Of a stretch of 64,000 nucleotides of DNA, positions 61,001 through 64,000 are shown piece by piece (within the stretch, counting starts at the first letter, position 1; the number at the start of each line of letters is the position of its first letter). The stretch comes from Lingula anatina (lineage: Eukaryota; Animalia; Brachiopoda). A program made the position numbers and the translations under genes. Below the pieces are notes generated by a model. The model was not told the DNA's origin. It worked only from the letters and a program-made list of their open reading frames with translations, and searched no databases. The stretch covers positions 1,178,001 through 1,242,000 of the forward strand of contig JBPQGU010000016.1 of the NCBI GenBank assembly GCA_051362555.1, in the 5' to 3' direction.

Positions 61001-63206
61001 GTATTTTGTGCATTGCTTTTTTCTGATTTTTGTCTGTACATTTGACAGCTTCGCTGCCTTGTTTTTTTTTTTTTTTTTTTTTTTTTTTTTGTTGTTGTTG
61101 TTGTTTAACCAATACAGCTTTGGTCAACATAAGGGACCCCAGTGCAGCTTAAGAAGGGACCTGCTTCTTGATTGATTATTAGTTTCTGCTAACACACAAA
61201 GGTAGTTTTTATTAAATGCAATTTATTACAGTGTCACGAGAGAAGAAAAACAACCCTTTGGGCTTATCAGAGAAACGTTGAGTATAGTTTATTGGCTTTA
61301 TCCTAGACGGATAAGATATACTTGGGACAATGAAGTTAATTATGGTTAAGCAGGGCTTGGAGCATGGTTAATCTCCTCTTCACGCAAGTCTTAGAGACCA
61401 TTCTCAGAGACTATCGTACTAACTTTTGATCGAACTATCCCATTTCTTTCCTGCCCATAATAAAGTTAAATTTCTCATGGGGTGAGAAGATGTTAAGGTC
61501 GGCTAAAAAGAAGTGTGGTGAGAAGGGTTGCCTTATCGGTATCTCATTTTAGAGAGTGGGGACTAATTTGAGTTTCTTTAGCTGAGCTCTACGGGATTTA
61601 TTAGGCGTCAGGACAGACTGACTTCTTTTAATTTATACCACAGGACCTCAGTTACTACTTTTAATTGCCTCCACTCAAGTTCTCAGATATCGCGAGAGAG
61701 ACACAGACCCGTATAGGTAGGAGAAAGTTATCTCTTCCCAGACTTCAACATTTCCTCTCAGATGGACTATAACTTAATGCCACACATTTTATTTTCTTGT
61801 AATTGGTAACATTCTCCACTTGTTACCACCGGTATATATCGAGTTCTTTAGTACGATAAGATTGTTACGAATTGACGTAAATAATGTTTATGTGGTCCTA
61901 AGCAGGCTTATCATAGGACCGCACACGTTGTTTTATTGTTACTTCTGTGGAAGTGAAATTTCAGCTTGAAGATTGAAGCTGCACAACTTTAAAAATGTTT
62001 CCAAAGCACTTATAAATAAAAAAAAGATCATTCTTTACAATTATTTAGACTGTGACCTATTTTCAACTCTACCGTCAACACCTTTTCATAACTAGTGGTG
62101 GAAAAGAAAACACTGTTGTCAGATTAAGTATATATTTGACAAACACTTCAAAATGATTTTTAAAGTAAGTCAATTAAGTTTTTTTATGATCCCTTGAAAT
62201 GAATTTTTACGATGGGGAATTTAATGTTCCGTTCATTTCATACTTTTCATGTTTGATCTGTTAGATTAGGCATGTTCATTTATTTTGACATTGATTTCAC
62301 AGCTGATTTTAAAATCAAATCTCGCTAAGTTTGAAAGTACAAGCAATCAATTTTATCCTTTGTGAAATTAAAAAAAAAAACTGCATTAAAATTTACTGTG
62401 AATATTTGGCGTTATTTCACCCTGTTAAATATAATGTGTACTACATATGTCAGTACACTTTAAAACTCTTGCAAGCGTCTCGGGGGTGATGCAGTTCTTG
62501 ATGCATATAAAACAGGAAAAATGTTCACACGTTAATATTTAAACGTCTCAGACATACAAACACCCGGTCGATTTTCGTTTTACCGATTGAACTATATATA
62601 AGCATTTGTCGATCTCTTTCAAGAATAGTACGATTTGCTTTATTCTTCATTGCAGAATCAATCAAAATCAATGTTCTCTAAATTGATGGCTGAGTTATGG
62701 GTTATATTCATGTTGTGTGTGTCTCTTAACCTCAACTTTTTCAGACTACAAGCTATCCGTCCTCTTTGCAGTATTTCATAATTCTGTCTCAGCATCCGTT
62801 TGAAGAAACAAGGGTTTGTCAACCTTCGGATGCAATCTTTTTAACGACCTTGGACGCATTTTGTTCTTTTTGAAGTATCAACGGCCCATGGATATTTTGA
62901 AAATATATCAAATACTGTGAAAAGGGAATCCATCTTTATGTTGTATCTTGGTATACATCTGACCACATTCCGCATTCCGCCAGTCTTTTGGTAAACCAGG
63001 CGTGCCTCTATCACTACTCATGAGACAGACAGACAGACAGACAAACAAACAGACTCAGCCAACGCAGATAGCAAAAAGAAATGATAATAAGAACACCACA
63101 CTGAAAAGTTATAAAAGACGGACAAAGAAATGATAAAAAGTCAGAAGCTGAATGAAGTTATTTAGAAACAAAAACAAAAGGAAAATAAAGAATTAAAAGA
63201 ACGTAC

Positions 63207-64000
63207 CTGATCACGACCTTCTACTCCATATCTACACCAGAATACAAAATGTTTACAATTTTTCGATTTGACATTGTACTCGGTCTTTCCTATTTTCGAC
63301 TTAGCCCTCTCCACGATCTCATCTCTCGGGAAAGTTCTGAAACACGAGAAATTGTGTGTGCTATGAATGTTCCACATTATCTGCTCACTATAAATTTGTA
63401 ACATTTATGTAACTTAAACATTACAGTATTGAGAAAAGAATGAAATAAGTAATTCTGAAAAAGTGTAACTCAACAACGATAGGTAATTGACCTATCGATC
63501 TTGCCTGAAAAAAAAACAACTTAAAACTGTATTATAATATATCTCAAACAGTTTACTATCGAAGGAAAAATTAAAAAAATCTTTAAAAGTGTATAATGGC
63601 CAATAAACACTCATTAATTGACCTGTCAATATTGACTGAAGAAAAAAACATGAACTCCAAGAATAATCCTATAGTATCATGATTTTATATTTAGTCATCT
63701 AACATGTCTGTATTGACATGGATGCGCTAACGGTACTATCTTACAAACATTAACTTTTTTCAACAACTTACTGACTGCACGCCTTGACAAAAAGAAAAAA
63801 GAAACCACACAAAATATTAATATATTTCAACACAATAACATCTTATTATTGGCATTGGTGAAAAGCTAATTACAAACATTTACCTGCATTGGTGGTCTAT
63901 TTCGTTGTTTTTGATCGCCTTACAATTCCCCGCCACATCCCAGAAGTTGGCCTCTTCAACAGAACCTATGTTCATAAACACACCACAGGGGTTGCAGCAT
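63207..64000 (-). CDS. PLAAT paralog 5, exons 2 (partial) and 3
   Basis: Exon 3 63207-63336 TFPRDEIVERAKSKIGKTEYNVKSKNCKHFVFWCRYG; exon 2 63884 to >64000 CCNPCG...FWDVAG..KAIKNNEIDH; splice sites intact. Confidence 0.88.

Larger units (their letters stand above)
51044..63004. mobile_element. ~12-kb TIR-bounded element in intron 3 of PLAAT paralog 5
   Basis: CACGCCTGGTTTACCAGAAGACTGGTGTAAT versus inverted CACGCCTGGTTTACCAAAAGACTGGCGGAAT (28/31 identical); no TSD or transposase ORF seen. Confidence 0.65.

Noticed and set aside
61060-61900. Poly(T)/(TTG)n tract with adjacent GC-richer DNA suggesting a minus-strand retroelement 3' end
   Set aside because: No convincing RT or C-terminal motif could be read

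Overview
AT-rich, intron- and transposon-rich genomic DNA from an animal, most likely an invertebrate; the species cannot be determined from the sequence. The backbone is a minus-strand tandem cluster of LRAT/PLAAT (HRASLS-like, NlpC/P60) phospholipase/acyltransferase genes: two intact 4-exon genes (4845-6607, 41701-43663), one running off the right edge with a ~12-kb insertion in its last intron, and two pseudogenes. Their 5' regions carry NF-kB-, IRF- and CRE-like motifs. Between the paralogs (11.1-32.3 kb) is a tandemly amplified non-coding module. It folds on the + strand as hairpin-ANANNA-hairpin-ACA (box H/ACA RNA-like), lies between conserved splice donors and acceptors, and alternates with perfect kB sites. 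I interpret this as a candidate NF-kB-associated snoRNA-host array; this is the main finding and remains an inference. The window also holds a 4-exon two-BIR IAP-like gene followed by a 69-bp minisatellite, the first exon of a secreted-protein gene at the left edge, two long non-LTR RT ORFs, and many DNA-transposon derivatives (pogo-, Ginger-, piggyBac-, Kolobok-, Harbinger-, hAT- and P-like) plus a tRNA-containing solo LTR. Many insertions can be checked against empty paralogous sites inside the window.
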